A stretch of 64,000 nt of DNA from an uncultured virus (IMG/VR IMGVR_UViG_3300031733_000001) (lineage: Duplodnaviria; Heunggongvirae; Uroviricota; Caudoviricetes): the IMG/VR virus record IMGVR_UViG_3300031733_000001. One strand, written 5' to 3'. A model generated the notes under the pieces. That model worked only from the letters and a program-made list of their open reading frames with translations. It had not been told where the DNA came from and made no database searches. The translations under genes and the position numbers were made by a program. This document shows, piece by piece, positions 45,574 to 54,236 of this stretch (its first letter is position 1; each line of letters opens with the position of its first letter).

Positions 45574-46142
45574 GCATCCTCCGGTCCTCTGGCCGTTCGC
45601 GGTGGCCCGCACGGCCTGGGGTAGTCGTTCATGAAGATGCCAACGGGCTCCCCACCCTCCTCCTCATGGATGACCAGCGGCATGAACTCCCTGGGGTACT
45701 GCTCATGCTTGGCCGGCCTATAGAGTCGGTAGTGGGGGTCATCGATGAACGTCTCCACTGCGTCGAAGTTGTGGACACCGTACTGGATCCGCATGGTCTT
45801 GCGGTAGGTGTAGATGATCTGATCGTGGTCCAGATCATCCTGGTTCGGATCTGCTTCTTCCACCTTGGCGAGCTTGCCGGCGGGGTCGAGCAGCACGTTC
45901 CTCCACCCCTCCTTCTGCAGGCGTTCGCGGGCGGTCTGGAACTCCTGCTGCTTCTGGTTGTCGAGGAGCTTGTTGAACCTGGAGCACTCGAGATCTACCA
46001 GGTGGATGGGCCACTCCATGAGCCAGCCGTGGTTGGTGACCACGACATGATCGTTGTAGAGCATTGCGTAGGGGTTACCCTTGGTAGTCGGCTCCAGTAT
46101 CTTGCGCAAGGCCAAGATCGACTTGTTGTCCAGTGGGTTCAT
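45570..46142 (-). CDS. hypothetical protein
   Basis: GGAGG SD before ATG 46142. Confidence 0.5.
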   Translation of the reverse strand: MNPLDNKSILALRKILEPTTKGNPYAMLYNDHVVVTNHGWLMEWPIHLVDLECSRFNKLLDNQKQQEFQTARERLQKEGWRNVLLDPAGKLAKVEEADPNQDDLDHDQIIYTYRKTMRIQYGVHNFDAVETFIDDPHYRLYRPAKHEQYPREFMPLVIHEEEGGEPVGIFMNDYPRPCGPPRTARGPEDA

Positions 46143-46336
46143 GTGTGCCTCCAGTCCTTCGGAAGGAAGCCGCCCTTCAACAGCCACTCGTCTAGGTTGG
46201 TGAAGCACTCCGCCAGCTCTTCGCCGGCGGTGTCGGTCGTGGTGGTTTCGTGATGCTGCCGTTTTGCATCAGCCCGCTCGATCAGGTGTCTAGCCAGGCG
46301 ACGGCACATCCTCAGAGTCTCATCAGGGTCCATCAA
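46139..46336 (-). CDS. hypothetical protein
   Basis: AGGAGG SD; LDEWLLKGGFLP..W motif typical of small phage proteins. Confidence 0.55.
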   Translation of the reverse strand: MMDPDETLRMCRRLARHLIERADAKRQHHETTTTDTAGEELAECFTNLDEWLLKGGFLPKDWRHT

Positions 46337-46559
46337 CCTCCTTCTCTTTCTGTTCCTCTTCCCAGCTGACCCACTGGGTCATGATCTCCACGTCGTGCAC
46401 GTCCCACTCTACGTCCGTGAACTGCGCCGGCGGACTCGTGAGAAGTGCCTTGAAAAGGGTTGCGATCTGTCGCCTGCAGGGTAGCTGCCCCCCAGGCTTG
46501 GTCACAACCCGTAGTTGGGCCGTGACTGTGTAATTACCACTTTGTACTTCTTCTGACAT
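46323..46559 (-). CDS. hypothetical protein
   Basis: AGGAGG SD before ATG 46559; preceded by GGCATAAG. Confidence 0.5.
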   Translation of the reverse strand: MSEEVQSGNYTVTAQLRVVTKPGGQLPCRRQIATLFKALLTSPPAQFTDVEWDVHDVEIMTQWVSWEEEQKEKEVDGP

Positions 46560-46658
46560 AAAGCCTCCTACAGGCGTGTTTTCTTGCGCCTTAGTTACTT
46601 TACCCTTATGCCGTATTTTTGGCTTGACTTGAGTGCTGTATTCTATACCATGATCAGC

Positions 46659-47072
46659 ATGCCAAAGACAGTGATCATCCTGAGAGGGCTCCCCGGGAGC
46701 GGGAAGAGCAGCATCTGTGATCTGCTCGATCCCCACCACCTGGTCTCGATGGACCTGTTCTGGACCAAGGACGGGAGCGCGTACAACTTCGACTACGGCA
46801 AGCTGAAGGAGGCCATCGACTGGACACATCAGCAGTTCATCGAGGCCCTCGAGGCCGACTATCCCGAGGCCAGCCCCCTGGTCGTGGTCGACAACGTCAG
46901 CTACATGAAGATGCACTACGAGTTCTTCTTCGAGGAGGCGCGCAAGCGTGGCTGTAGGGTCCATGTGCTACATGTGGAGCGGCCCCTCGAGGAGTGCATC
47001 GTCAGCACCAAGCACAGCGTGCCCGCGGACAAGATCCGTCAGATGCACAGCAAGTGGGAGCCCCTGATCTAG
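46659..47072 (+). CDS. P-loop kinase (AAA_33 / polynucleotide-kinase-like)
   Basis: IILRGLPGSGKS Walker A, VVVDN and HSVPADKI..M; upstream TTGACT-16-TACCAT suggests a leaderless start at 46659. Confidence 0.75.
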   Translation: MPKTVIILRGLPGSGKSSICDLLDPHHLVSMDLFWTKDGSAYNFDYGKLKEAIDWTHQQFIEALEADYPEASPLVVVDNVSYMKMHYEFFFEEARKRGCRVHVLHVERPLEECIVSTKHSVPADKIRQMHSKWEPLI

Positions 47073-47079
47073 AAAGGAG

Positions 47080-47259
47080 ATGAGGAAAGTGTGGCTCACA
47101 CCTCAACAAGTCGCCGACCAGCTGCAGCTGAAGGTCCAAACCATCTACCGGCTCATCAAGTGCGGTGAGCTACCAGCCATCCGGATCCAACGCGCCTATC
47201 GCATCGACCCGGATGCCCTCCAATCCTATCTGGAATCCAAGCGGACGGAGAAGAACTGA
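47080..47259 (+). CDS. excisionase-like HTH (HTH_17) protein, not in ORF track
   Basis: MRKVWLTPQQVADQLQLKVQTIYRLIKCGELPAIRIQRAYRIDPDALQSYL matches the family pattern. Confidence 0.75.
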   Translation: MRKVWLTPQQVADQLQLKVQTIYRLIKCGELPAIRIQRAYRIDPDALQSYLESKRTEKN

Positions 47260-47372
47260 TGCACTGGTGGGGTGACTTTCCGATCGGCACAACGCTCATC
47301 CTCTTTGGAATCGTCGCGGTCGTGTCGGTCGGCAGTCACTTCATCGGCCGTTGGTGGGACGGCCGCAAATGA
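47259..47372 (+). CDS. 37-aa single-TM peptide, not in ORF track
   Basis: TGATG/ATGA coupling on both sides; MHWWGDFPIGTTLILFGIVAVVSVGSHFIGRWWDGRK. Confidence 0.5.
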   Translation: MHWWGDFPIGTTLILFGIVAVVSVGSHFIGRWWDGRK

Positions 47373-47611
47373 TCAAGCGGCGACGCAGCCTCTCCATCAA
47401 GCATGGAGGGCGGGTAAAGAAGATCAACGGAGACAACGGCAAGATGAAGATCTTGAAGACCTACTGCCGGTTCTTCCAAACCAAGCCCTCCAAGTGCGGC
47501 ATGATCTGTGAGGGCTTCCTCGACTATCCCCCGTGCCCCGACTTCGAAACGTGTTGGGGCAAAAGAAAACTGTCTGTCTCCCGCACCGACAGTTCTCTTG
47601 TTCACGCCTGA
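47369..47611 (+). CDS. Cys-rich hypothetical protein
   Basis: Coupled ATG at 47369; five Cys. Confidence 0.45.
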   Translation: MIKRRRSLSIKHGGRVKKINGDNGKMKILKTYCRFFQTKPSKCGMICEGFLDYPPCPDFETCWGKRKLSVSRTDSSLVHA

Positions 47612-47692
47612 TCTCCCACGCCTTTATAGAGGTGCAACCCTCACTTCCAGCGCCGATCCCTCTCTCCAACCAGACCGCTAGCACTCCCTAAA

Positions 47693-47884
47693 CTACAGGG
47701 AGGCCAGGCGCGCCTGGACCTCAGAGATCTGCTCCTCCAGGCGAGCAGCCTGGTCGAGCAGTCCCTCCGCCCAATGGGTCTCCCCATCGACGGCCAGCAC
47801 CCACTCGAAACGAGACCAGGTCTCGTCGAGCTGTGTCTGGAGGTCCTCCAGCCGAGCCGACAGAACGAACTGTTGCTTGGTCAT
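47693..47884 (-). CDS. small coiled-coil protein
   Basis: AGGAG SD before ATG 47884. Confidence 0.5.
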   Translation of the reverse strand: MTKQQFVLSARLEDLQTQLDETWSRFEWVLAVDGETHWAEGLLDQAARLEEQISEVQARLASL

Positions 47885-48078
47885 GGAATCTCCTAGGAAA
47901 TTCACCGGCTTAGCAGACCGGCTAGGTTCACCCGCCCAAAGGACAGATGTACTTCTTTCCCATCAAAATAGTTATATACACAAAATCATTATGTTTTTCA
48001 CTTTGGACAGGTTTAATCACAGGAACGCATGTTCAGGAGTAAGGAAGGACCCTACGGGTCCTGGTGGCCCGGCCGGGC

Positions 48079-48303
48079 CTAGTTGGTGGGAGCCGTGAGG
48101 CGCTCTAGGAGCGCCCGTGCGGCCTCGGCCTCTCTAGATATCTCGGAGATCCTGGGCAGCATTTCGGCGGCCTCTCTGGCCGCCTCCTTTGCCCTGGCGG
48201 GCTCTCTGAGCGCGAGCCGCCGTAGCTCATCGTTGCGGCGGAAGAGCGTCTGCAGCTCGCAGGTCAAGATCTTGATGTGCTCTGACAGCTGGTCAGTGTC
48301 CAT
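48079..48303 (-). CDS. small coiled-coil protein
   Basis: ATG 48303 follows the upstream stop. Confidence 0.45.
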   Translation of the reverse strand: MDTDQLSEHIKILTCELQTLFRRNDELRRLALREPARAKEAAREAAEMLPRISEISREAEAARALLERLTAPTN

Positions 48304-48304
48304 G

Positions 48305-48877
48305 TCAGTCAGAGACGACACAGTGCCCCGACCAGAAGTCGAAGGATTCTTTGGCTTTGGCACGGATTTCGTCCGAGCCCCAGACCATGGCCTCCTTGTT
48401 GCCGCCGGCAAGGTTGGCCACGAGCCGCCAAGGGGTCAGCGGCTCCATCTTCACGTGGCTGGCCAGGATGGCCACGATGACGTGGGTGCAGCTCATCTCC
48501 TCGATCCTGCGGGCCTCCCCCTCGTCGTTCTCCGCCTCCCTGCAGTCGGTGATGTACGCCTCCTTCGTGTAGACGATGGCAGCCAAAGTGACTGGCCGGA
48601 GAGCATGCCGGCGCTTGAGGAAGGGAACCACCCGCTCACGGTGGGCCCTCAGGACATAGTCGCTGGTGTCCAGGGTGCGCTTCCCTACCCCACCAGCCAC
48701 GTAGGGGATGGCCTCGTCCAGGAAGATGAGGTGCTGCCCCTGAGCGCGGTCGTGGGTAGTGTCGTGTGCCTCGACCGCCTTGGCCAAGACGCCGAGAAAG
48801 CCCTCCGGCTCGACCACCTTGGTGCCGATGGTCTGAGCCTGGAAGGCTGAGCACACTTTGCTGATCGCAAACTTCAT
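48305..48877 (-). CDS. hypothetical protein (DUF3228-like)
   Basis: AAGGAGG SD; YVLRAHRE...FLKR, IVYT.EAY and PLTPWRLVANLAGGN recalled as DUF3228-like. Confidence 0.5.
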   Translation of the reverse strand: MKFAISKVCSAFQAQTIGTKVVEPEGFLGVLAKAVEAHDTTHDRAQGQHLIFLDEAIPYVAGGVGKRTLDTSDYVLRAHRERVVPFLKRRHALRPVTLAAIVYTKEAYITDCREAENDEGEARRIEEMSCTHVIVAILASHVKMEPLTPWRLVANLAGGNKEAMVWGSDEIRAKAKESFDFWSGHCVVSD

Positions 48878-48904
48878 TCAAGCCTCCTTTTCTGGTTCAG
48901 GGTT

Positions 48905-48912
48905 CTTATACC
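48905..48912 (-). promoter_or_regulatory. GGTATAAG candidate phage promoter
   Basis: 28 nt upstream of ATG 48877; one of about 12 copies (see findings). Confidence 0.6.
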
Positions 48913-48927
48913 TGATCAAGGAGGTCT

Positions 48928-49140
48928 TTAGTCGCGTTTCCTCCTCCGCTTCTTGTGGTTGCCGTTGCCGCGGCCATTCCCCTTGGCCTCCTTCTCCGCC
49001 TTCTTCTTGGCGCGGCAGGGCTTGCACCGCTTGGGAGGGGAGAAGTCGTTGCCGAACTTCTCCTGGAAGAACTTCTGCTCGCCCTCGGTGAAGGTGAACT
49101 CGTCGCCGCAGTCGACGCACTTGATCTGCTCGTCAGGCAT
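48928..49140 (-). CDS. zinc-ribbon protein (zf-trcl-like)
   Basis: CVDCGDEFTFTEGEQKFF.EK....PKRCKPCR is the characteristic pattern. Confidence 0.75.
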   Translation of the reverse strand: MPDEQIKCVDCGDEFTFTEGEQKFFQEKFGNDFSPPKRCKPCRAKKKAEKEAKGNGRGNGNHKKRRRKRD

Positions 49141-49375
49141 CTCTCTTCTTCTCCTCGACCACTACCGTCACAGGTGTGGAGTACTTGTGGGCCATGTCGA
49201 CCATGGCACGGTGAAGCTCAGATATGATCATGGGCAGCAGCTCGACGGAGACAGCTTTCGCCACAGCGTCGAGCTTGGCGTTGTTGATGAGTGGCCCTCC
49301 TATCCTCCCCATGCCCAGGTACTTGTGGAGGATGGCGCGGGTGGATTCGTACAGCGCATCGACGATGTGGAACAT
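49133..49375 (-). CDS. hypothetical protein
   Basis: Coupled start ATG 49375. Confidence 0.45.
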   Translation of the reverse strand: MFHIVDALYESTRAILHKYLGMGRIGGPLINNAKLDAVAKAVSVELLPMIISELHRAMVDMAHKYSTPVTVVVEEKKRDA

Positions 49376-49740
49376 CAGACCAGACCCTTCTGCTCCGCGA
49401 TCCACTGGGTCATGATGATCGTGCCCTCGTCTCCTTTCCCGGAGTCGGGGGTGACGTCGCCGCCGTGTCGGATCTGACTGAGGGGGATCCAGTACTCGTC
49501 TCCTTCGATCTCGCACAGCAGTGCCTTGTTGGTGGCTTGCTTCACGAACGCCTCGGCCTCATACGTTTCGTCGTCCACCTTTCCTCCTTTCTTCACTGGC
49601 GTCGGCTTGGGCGCCAGTGGGGAATCGGGGGAGATGGGCCTGCCGTTCTTGATCAGCCCCTCCTCCCACAGTTCATCGAATTTGCGCTCCATCGCCTCCT
49701 CGTACCCATCGTCAGAACGGAATGTCATCGTCTTCCTCAT
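49375..49740 (-). CDS. hypothetical protein
   Basis: T.KALL....G.E.WIP.SQI motif common in small phage proteins. Confidence 0.5.
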   Translation of the reverse strand: MRKTMTFRSDDGYEEAMERKFDELWEEGLIKNGRPISPDSPLAPKPTPVKKGGKVDDETYEAEAFVKQATNKALLCEIEGDEYWIPLSQIRHGGDVTPDSGKGDEGTIIMTQWIAEQKGLV

Positions 49741-49954
49741 CGTACTGTGGTGCTACTTTACCTTGCGGATCTTCGACCGGGTAGAGGCTGAGGTAGTGGT
49801 CGTGACAGTCACGGTGACTGATGACTGCCCCTGGGCTGAGCTTGATCGAGATCCACCCTTGGGCGTTTTGCCAGCCGACCCCGACTTTCGTTTTGCTCTT
49901 CGTGTTGCCTTTTTCCGCGAGGACGAGGCGGTGCGTTGGGAGCGAACCTGCCAC
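49712..49954 (-). CDS. small beta-rich protein ending in an SSB-type DDDIPF tail
   Basis: AAAGGAG SD with GTG 49954; KVGVGW...G.ISIKL core; C-terminus DEEDDDIPF. Confidence 0.6.
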   Translation of the reverse strand: MAGSLPTHRLVLAEKGNTKSKTKVGVGWQNAQGWISIKLSPGAVISHRDCHDHYLSLYPVEDPQGKVAPQYDEEDDDIPF

Positions 49955-50340
49955 GTGTCTTCTCCTTTCTCCAGAAAGTGATTCCACCGTCGGAGGAACT
50001 CGTCCCACTTGGGTGAAACCCGGTAGAGCTGCTGGTGGGCCGTATCCTTGTCGGTGTAGGACCAGTTGGTCTTGCCGTTCACGCGCATGTCATGGTTGGC
50101 CTCGGGCAGCCCCTTCGAGTAGCCCTGCTTCTCGTAGATCTTCTTCTTGTTCCAGAGGTGGTACACCTTCTCGATGTACCCCTCGTTGTACAGCATGGTG
50201 AGGATGCGGGAGACCGTGCCGTAGGGGATGTTGATCATCAAGGCCAATCCCAGACGATCGAAGTGGCTCATCATGTGGACGTGCCTGATCACAGCCCTGA
50301 AGTTTGCCGATGCGCTAAGTCGGAGTGGTGTCGCGCCCAT
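49753..50340 (-). CDS. winged-HTH protein
   Basis: LALMINIPYGTVSRILTMLYNEGYIEK; start ATG 50340; the C-terminal tail overlaps the next gene. Confidence 0.55.
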   Translation of the reverse strand: MGATPLRLSASANFRAVIRHVHMMSHFDRLGLALMINIPYGTVSRILTMLYNEGYIEKVYHLWNKKKIYEKQGYSKGLPEANHDMRVNGKTNWSYTDKDTAHQQLYRVSPKWDEFLRRWNHFLEKGEDTWQVRSQRTASSSRKKATRRAKRKSGSAGKTPKGGSRSSSAQGQSSVTVTVTTTTSASTRSKIRKVK

Positions 50341-50605
50341 GTCTTGTTGCCTCCTTGCCCTCCTCGTAGGCCTGTTCTGCAAGATCGAAGCAGGTGTCGC
50401 ACTCACCTGCCTTGTGCCCGTGTGGGCACCTCTGTGCGGTGTAGATGTGCTCGCCGCTGTCGAGGTACAGGGCGAACTCCTTGTCGAACTTGGGGTCTTT
50501 GCCTCGGACGAAGGATTGGAGGGCACGGAAGGAGAAGCTGTTGGAGCCTCCTCTCTTCCAGCCCATCAGGCCTTCTATCCTTGCCCTGATGATGTCTTCG
50601 GTCAT
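50315..50605 (-). CDS. hypothetical protein with CPHG..C..C motif
   Basis: AAGGAGG upstream; GGTATAAG at 50647-50654. Confidence 0.5.
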   Translation of the reverse strand: MTEDIIRARIEGLMGWKRGGSNSFSFRALQSFVRGKDPKFDKEFALYLDSGEHIYTAQRCPHGHKAGECDTCFDLAEQAYEEGKEATRHGRDTTPT

Positions 50606-50646
50606 TGGGTGTGGGCTACCTCCTTCCCTTGATCACTAGTGAAACT

Positions 50647-50654
50647 CTTATACC
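50647..50654 (-). promoter_or_regulatory. GGTATAAG candidate phage promoter
   Basis: Intergenic, 42 nt upstream of ATG 50605. Confidence 0.6.
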
Positions 50655-50710
50655 AGCGAAGGAGATCGTTTGTGGGGTAGAGAAATGCCGGATGGAGGGG
50701 TTGGCTCCGG

Positions 50711-51163
50711 CTACCGATTGGCGAGGGCGTTAGCGATGCGAGAGTAGAGCCACCAGCTGAAATGCCCGTCGTGCTTGGGATCCCAGCCGTCTTCTCTCGC
50801 CGAAGCGACGAGGTCTGCCCAGGCGTCTAGACTCGACACCTGCCTCACCCTTGCGGTGAAGTCGCAGACCCTTCGCATGAGGTCGTTGTTCTCGTCCTCG
50901 AGCTTGTCGCTCTTGGCCGGGTCCGTTGACTCATCCATCGCCGCATCCTCGCGGTAGAGGTAGTCCCCCCAGCTCATCGCCGGGAGGACCGGGGTGACCT
51001 CCACGGGGATGACGATCTCGATGTCCTGGTCCACGTCCAGGTCCACAAGACCGTAGTCATCCCCGCGGATGGGGCCGAGTCCATCCTGCAGTGCCCGGAC
51101 AAGCTTCCATCCCTTGACGGGCTGGCAGACTTCCCGGGCACTGCAGACGCACTGGTCACACAC
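50711..51163 (-). CDS. hypothetical protein
   Basis: AGGAGG SD with GTG start. Confidence 0.5.
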   Translation of the reverse strand: MCDQCVCSAREVCQPVKGWKLVRALQDGLGPIRGDDYGLVDLDVDQDIEIVIPVEVTPVLPAMSWGDYLYREDAAMDESTDPAKSDKLEDENNDLMRRVCDFTARVRQVSSLDAWADLVASAREDGWDPKHDGHFSWWLYSRIANALANR

Positions 51164-51710
51164 GTTCCACCTCCTTGAAGAAGCCCGCGACCTTCTTCCA
51201 GTTCACCGTGACCTGAGTCGTGAGGTGCGGGCTCACGAACTCAAAACGGGCAGTGTCGAGCCCGTCGTGTGGGTGGACGTCGAGAATGATCTCGGACTTG
51301 TAGGATAGCGCATCGGCCACGATCTTCTCCAGCGAGTGGAGAATGTCGTGGCGGTTGTCGTAGACACTCTGGAGGGAGATGAAGATGTTCGGCATCTCCT
51401 CCACCACATCCTCCATCTCCACCAGCAGGTCTGGTCCGACGGTGTGGATGTAGAGGTGAGGCACAAAGGCCCCATCCTTGTCCCGGTGGATGACGATGCT
51501 GAAGCTCACATCCAGATCTGCGTCGGGGATGTAGGTCTTCTCCATGTCGTTCGACCGGATGGTGATCTTCGGGATGTTGTTCTCCACCCCGTGATCTGCT
51601 CCGTAGTGGTAGCAGTGACCCGGCTTGGTCAGCTGCCTATCGAAGAGGTTGATCGTGTAGACGGCTTTGTGGCCGTCCGACTCCTGCAGCTGCCAGTTGT
51701 AAAGTGGCAT
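51156..51710 (-). CDS. hypothetical protein
   Basis: AAAGGAG SD before ATG 51710; GGGATAAG at 51762-51769. Confidence 0.55.
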   Translation of the reverse strand: MPLYNWQLQESDGHKAVYTINLFDRQLTKPGHCYHYGADHGVENNIPKITIRSNDMEKTYIPDADLDVSFSIVIHRDKDGAFVPHLYIHTVGPDLLVEMEDVVEEMPNIFISLQSVYDNRHDILHSLEKIVADALSYKSEIILDVHPHDGLDTARFEFVSPHLTTQVTVNWKKVAGFFKEVERV

Positions 51711-51967
51711 GCTCGCTCCTTTCCGGGGAGAAAGAGGACTCTCATTTCCATCCTCACAATACTTATCCCCCCTTCCAGGACGCTTTTTCGTCTGGTACCC
51801 TGGCAGTGTGAATGCGGTGCAGAAACTGGAGCAATTCAAGGCCTTGCGGGCCAGACAGAAGTGCCCGGTCTGTGGTAAGCTGATCGCACAGCACTGCATA
51901 CAGGGCTATCTTCGGTGCCAGAACGTGCTGGAGAACAACGTGCGGCTAGAATGCCGGAACGGAGGAG

Positions 51968-52252
51968 ATGATGGCCACGGGAATGGTCACGTTCAATGAA
52001 GACAAGGACGCTGACACCTACCAGGTCCTTTATGAGAGCGGCTCGAAGAGCGAGTATGCCAAGAAGCACCTGCTGGAGATCGTGATCGCCTCGGCAGCCA
52101 GCGCCGGTGTTCCGATCGCCGCCACGCTCAACGTCCCGGATGGTGTCCCCGCCGACATCGTGGACAGTGCCGACGAGTTCGAGTTCTCGATGCGTGACGA
52201 CAACCGCGGAGGCTACCACCGGTATCTCGGCGGCAGTGCGGTCGTGGACTAA
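51968..52252 (+). CDS. small acidic hypothetical protein
   Basis: GGAGG SD; followed by an AGAAGGGC-caa-GCCCTTCT hairpin between convergent genes. Confidence 0.5.
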   Translation: MMATGMVTFNEDKDADTYQVLYESGSKSEYAKKHLLEIVIASAASAGVPIAATLNVPDGVPADIVDSADEFEFSMRDDNRGGYHRYLGGSAVVD

Positions 52253-52269
52253 AGAAGGGCCAAGCCCTT

Positions 52270-52665
52270 CTAGAAGAGATTCTGCTGGCCGGTAGGCTCA
52301 ATCCACCTGAACAAGATCGGGGCGTGATCTGTGAAGGCAACTCTGCCCTCCATGCAGAGGTCCCAGAGCGCCGTTTCGATCTTCGTCCCGCCGAGTAGGT
52401 CTGCGGTCTTGTCCCACAGCTCCACTCCGATGCGGTTGAACGTGCGGGGCTCCCCGTCGCTCAGGTGGTTGATGATGATCCTCTTGATTCTGAGGATGTC
52501 CATCTTGGCTATGGTGTGGTGGGGCGCCATATCCGGCTGGCGCCCGTTGGGATGGGCTTCGCGTGGCATGCGCTCCGGATCGTCCTCGCCACGGATCATG
52601 ATAGTGTACTTCGCCATCGGGTGGGCATCGTAGTTGGGTCTACACTTCGTCCACCATTCCATCAC
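52270..52665 (-). CDS. hypothetical protein
   Basis: GGAGG SD; coupled to the upstream gene. Confidence 0.5.
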   Translation of the reverse strand: MMEWWTKCRPNYDAHPMAKYTIMIRGEDDPERMPREAHPNGRQPDMAPHHTIAKMDILRIKRIIINHLSDGEPRTFNRIGVELWDKTADLLGGTKIETALWDLCMEGRVAFTDHAPILFRWIEPTGQQNLF

Positions 52666-53312
52666 TCCTCCAGCTTGACGGAGAGTCCGACCTTCACCTC
52701 CTTCAGCTCCACCTTGAACACCTTGATGTCCCCAAGTGGGACACCCTCTTGGATCTTGGTGAGGATCTCTCCGTGCACCTCATGCTTGCCCAACCACTTC
52801 TCCTTGGTGCCATCGCCGTTCTTCCAGCGCATGAGCAGCTTGGAGGTGTCCTGGTGGATGGGCTCAGGTTCGGGCTCCTTCCTGGGAACAGTGGGCACCT
52901 GCTTCAATGCCTCCGCCCCCGGGACATCAGCCATGCTGCCCAGCCTCTGTCCGACGTTCCACTTATCGAACATGCTCTTGTCGAAGACGGTATGTACCAG
53001 GTACTTGTACTTCCCATCGGCTGCACCCTCCTCGATGAGAGCCCAAACCGGCTCCAGTCCCTCTCCGGCTACACGGATCACGAATTCCGTGTCCGGGTCT
53101 CCCTTGCTCTTCGTGTTGGGGTAAATCTGTTCACCACCTCGTAGAGCCACGCAGATCTCCCGCCGCAAGTCTTCTAGCGCCCTCTCCAGTGGGTAGGAGG
53201 GAGGCAAACCTGCACGCTCTTTGTACTGCCCAGCTGCGTGAGGCATCTTGATGAATATTCGATCTTCCAGTCCGGGTGGCCAGTATCGTCTACTCCGGCT
53301 CATTGCGTGCAT
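52662..53312 (-). CDS. hypothetical protein
   Basis: 216-aa ORF in the - strand operon; start could be 53303. Confidence 0.5.
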   Translation of the reverse strand: MHAMSRSRRYWPPGLEDRIFIKMPHAAGQYKERAGLPPSYPLERALEDLRREICVALRGGEQIYPNTKSKGDPDTEFVIRVAGEGLEPVWALIEEGAADGKYKYLVHTVFDKSMFDKWNVGQRLGSMADVPGAEALKQVPTVPRKEPEPEPIHQDTSKLLMRWKNGDGTKEKWLGKHEVHGEILTKIQEGVPLGDIKVFKVELKEVKVGLSVKLEE

Positions 53313-53556
53313 CCTCCTCGTTGTCCAGGAAAGCCCTCACGTCCTGGATGTTATTCTTGACCCCGACCAGCTCGGGGCGGCTGTCGGGACCTGGGTGCTC
53401 CAGGATGACATACGCCTGGTTCACCGGGCTCCACAACACCTCGAACCCCATGTCCCGAGCACGAACGATGACCCCTTCGGGTCCGCGCCCGGCCTCCTTG
53501 CAGGGACCACACAGAATGCCAAACGTCCCTCGACCACACACACGACACTTGGGCAT
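53290..53556 (-). CDS. Zn-ribbon hypothetical protein
   Basis: CRVC...CGPC; AAAGGAG SD. Confidence 0.55.
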   Translation of the reverse strand: MPKCRVCGRGTFGILCGPCKEAGRGPEGVIVRARDMGFEVLWSPVNQAYVILEHPGPDSRPELVGVKNNIQDVRAFLDNEEDARNEPE

Positions 53557-53585
53557 GAGCTACATCTCCTTTCTCCTGTATTGCT

Positions 53586-53593
53586 CTTATACC
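53586..53593 (-). promoter_or_regulatory. GGTATAAG candidate phage promoter
   Basis: Intergenic, 30 nt upstream of ATG 53556. Confidence 0.6.
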
Positions 53594-53630
53594 GTTGTTT
53601 GTGAGCTAAGGAATGGAGGTGATCAGCCTC

Positions 53631-54143
53631 CTAGTAGAGCGCGCAGGAGCTGTCGTCGTGTGGGTAGTGGCCCATCACGAGATCGCCCTTGCGGTTGATG
53701 ATCCCCGTGATCCAGCCGCCCCAGCGACTCTCACGGTGGAACATGATCTTCTCCCCGGTGGGGAGCGTGGCGATGAAGTCTCTGTACTCGTTGGCGTCTC
53801 GATTGGGCACGACCTTCGTGCCCTCCGGCAGCACGATGTCGCAGACGTGGGTCTTGCTGCGCCCATCGAACGCCTCCCAGAGGTCACCCTCCCCCTCGTA
53901 TCGGGCACCGATTCTGGTGAGGTAGGACTTCTCTCTGGTGTCGAACTCCATGCTCCACAGCTCGTTGTCACAGGGCTTGATCCACTCCAGGTTGCACCAG
54001 TAGAGGAACAGCTCTGTGTCATCACTGCTGCGGATCACGGATACTCCACGATCACAGGCGCCATCGAAGATGCCTGTTTCCGGTAGCAGCTCGTCCTCGA
54101 GCTTCCACCGGAGCTGCCGTGCCTTGATGTTCACAGGATCCAT
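53631..54143 (-). CDS. hypothetical protein
   Basis: AAAGGAG SD; GGCATAAG at 54165-54172. Confidence 0.55.
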   Translation of the reverse strand: MDPVNIKARQLRWKLEDELLPETGIFDGACDRGVSVIRSSDDTELFLYWCNLEWIKPCDNELWSMEFDTREKSYLTRIGARYEGEGDLWEAFDGRSKTHVCDIVLPEGTKVVPNRDANEYRDFIATLPTGEKIMFHRESRWGGWITGIINRKGDLVMGHYPHDDSSCALY

Positions 54144-54236
54144 AATGTCTCCTTTCCTACTATTCTTATGCCCCGAGGACCCTACGATTTTCGATCTTGA
54201 CAGCAGTGATCATCGCTGAGATGGTAGCAGCACAAC

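Noticed and set aside
45570..46142. Possible sliding-clamp-like protein (VVVTNHGWL; C-terminal PLVI...VGIFM)
   Set aside because: The resemblance is too weak to support without a profile or structure search.
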